A stretch of 63,754 bases of DNA, the filler included, from Polymyxa betae A26-41 (lineage: Eukaryota > Protista > Endomyxa: Phytomyxea): NCBI GenBank assembly GCA_003693705.1. It is 8 parts of 8 records of this genome, joined end to end, with 100 filler letters (N's around TTAATTAATTAA, not from the genome) between each part and the next. Parts side by side here need not be neighbours in the genome. Positions count along the whole stretch, not along the records: positions 62,011 to 63,754 come from RBZT01000051.1; 7 more parts are not named here. One strand, 5' to 3'. Shown here one piece after another: positions 62,011-63,754 of this stretch. Positions within the stretch are counted from its first letter, which is position 1, and every line of letters starts with the position of its first letter. A program made the position numbers and the translations under genes. Under the pieces are notes generated by a model. It ran no database searches. It saw only the letters and a program-made list of their open reading frames with translations, and was not told where the DNA came from.

Positions 62011-62351
62011 GAAATCGGAGAGTACTGTTTCCCTAAGGATTCGCTTGGTTTTCTGTTGGAATCCGTGTATGAAGATTTCGTGCGCCTCAACCAAAACAAT
62101 AACGTTATTTTTGACATCAATACCAGCAGCTTAGGTCAAAAAACTAGAAATCAGGTTTTCGCCCACCTTCAGAAGCGCTGCCAGGAAGATGCAGGTAAAC
62201 CAACACAAAAACGATAGACATTGGCTCACAAAATCAATGATGACCTTTCCTGCATTTTTCAATAAAACTTGTATCGCAAAATATCTGGTACGCCATCTCA
62301 ACCGATAGGACTTTGATACTTGATCATCGTTGACATATCTTCATCCTTAAT

Positions 62352-63754
62352 ATGACTGGAAACAAGTTCCATCGAACTAGCAACGAGCTGCAGCGGAAAT
62401 GTTTCTGTAGAACTCATAGCTGCAAAGGCAAAAGCGTCCACCATCAAACGTACAAGCGACATCAGATCGACGATCTTAACAGAGAAGACAATTTAGATGA
62501 GCTGTCCTCGATTGCTTCGGAAACTTCTGCTGATCTACCAATGATTGAAACCGTTGATTATGCACAAGAGGCATCGGAGTCGACGATAAACGATGGCGGT
62601 AACTCAATTGAAAGCATACCTGACGAGGAAGATCATAACGTTGATTATATCGTCCCATCAAAGTTGAGTCCGGCTCATGATGTTAATGGTGATGACTTTT
62701 CAATCAGCACCCAACAACATTCCGAAATTGAAGATAGCTTTGAGACGCTAACTGCGATAAAAGAACGTCATATCGATGATCCATCGAAATCAGCCTTCGA
62801 CTTCGATAGACGAATCATTAGCGCCATGAACGGTGCTAGAGCATTGCTACAGAGTTCATCAGTGATTGCAGAAAATCAGATGTCTGAGCTTGGGATCACA
62901 CATCTGAGCCACCTAGAAAGCATCAAGATAAAAATTATGCAGTTTGCGGATCAGTGTCTTCGGGCAGCAGTGAATAGGAGAGGCTTCGACGATCTAATGA
63001 CGTCATACCTCGCGGCCATATCCAGTCGAATGGATGAATTGTCGGGTCAAGACTTACCTCGGTTCGACAGCTTTCCTGAAAACTGGATGCAAACAAAGTC
63101 AACTATTCTGCGAGATATCTTCCTGAAACTCAAGCCAATACCTTTACAATCATGCCCCGGAGGTCACTGTATATTCGCCCTTGAGAATGAGAATGAGCAG
63201 CAATGTCCTCGGTGCCATGTATCAAGACAGAACGCCAGAACATTTCTGTACTGGCCACTCTCGTTTGACATCCAGGTAAAGGTTTTGCACAGTTTTCACA
63301 TCTAATAATTCCAAATTCTAGATCCGTTTTGCTGTTGTAGCATTTGCCAGTTTGTTCTGGCAAGGTTACGATGAAGTTGATGCCGCCGTCATGGAGTATA
63401 AGAAGACACAGACCAAGGAGGAATCCATGTGCGATTGGTTCCATGGGGACCTGTTCTATGACCATTACGTACCATATCATGACAAAGAGAAGCAGGTTGC
63501 GAAGAATGGTAATGAATTATTGATGATGCAATCCCCTTCTTATCTTTGCTCAGAGAGGCAATACATGACAATTGCGCTGTCACATTGTTTCGATGGTTCT
63601 CATCTACACAACTCTTCTAATAAATCGGTATGGCCTCACCTCTTCTCATATCTCACACTACCATCATTCGCGCTTTGCAAACCTTCAGCAGTAGCAATGA
63701 CTTCGTGCTCATATTATTCAAGCCAAGCGTACTTCCAACTGGTTGCTCATGAAA
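62352..63754 (+). mobile_element. CACTA/En-Spm (Tnp2-like) transposase N-terminal part, decayed
   Basis: CFCRTHSC...TYKRH; CPGGHCIF...CPRCHVSR...FLYWPL; downstream LFDG...KSVWP at about 63585-63635. Confidence 0.7.

Overview
Eukaryotic, transposon-dense sequence made of eight assembly segments. Seven artificial 100-bp linkers (N...TTAATTAATTAA...N) join them, so adjacency across linkers carries no biological meaning. About 50-nt GT-AG introns, an alpha-tubulin acetyltransferase and intronless signal-peptide/ankyrin proteins suggest a flagellated protist parasite, plausibly a plasmodiophorid; this is inference only. Intact host genes are a glutathione S-transferase, a G-protein alpha subunit, ATAT1/MEC-17, tRNA-Phe(GAA) and a secreted protein with an NLS-like motif, an F-box-like motif and an ankyrin repeat. 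Two partial PP5-like phosphatase genes are also present, one carrying a signal peptide in place of the TPR domain. Much of the rest is decayed and often nested TEs: Ty1/Copia (5), Ty3/Gypsy including chromoviruses, pogo-like, Tc1-like, PIF/Harbinger, CACTA-like, a hAT-like element with an atypical target duplication, and a TSD-bounded APE-RT-RNaseH LINE. These are interleaved with broken secreted-protein genes. I found no proven new multi-gene system. The best leads are: (1) candidate host-hijacking effectors (secreted F-box/ankyrin, secreted TPR-less PP5, RING remnant); (2) the LINE's structured leader with an array of UUCG-tetraloop hairpins; (3) an unrecognised duplicated Cys-rich secreted domain that can be rebuilt across the LINE; (4) a Gly/Asn-repeat protein whose frame is restored by removing a CCCC-ended element with a TTAG duplication; (5) a tRNA-free cluster of B-box motifs.
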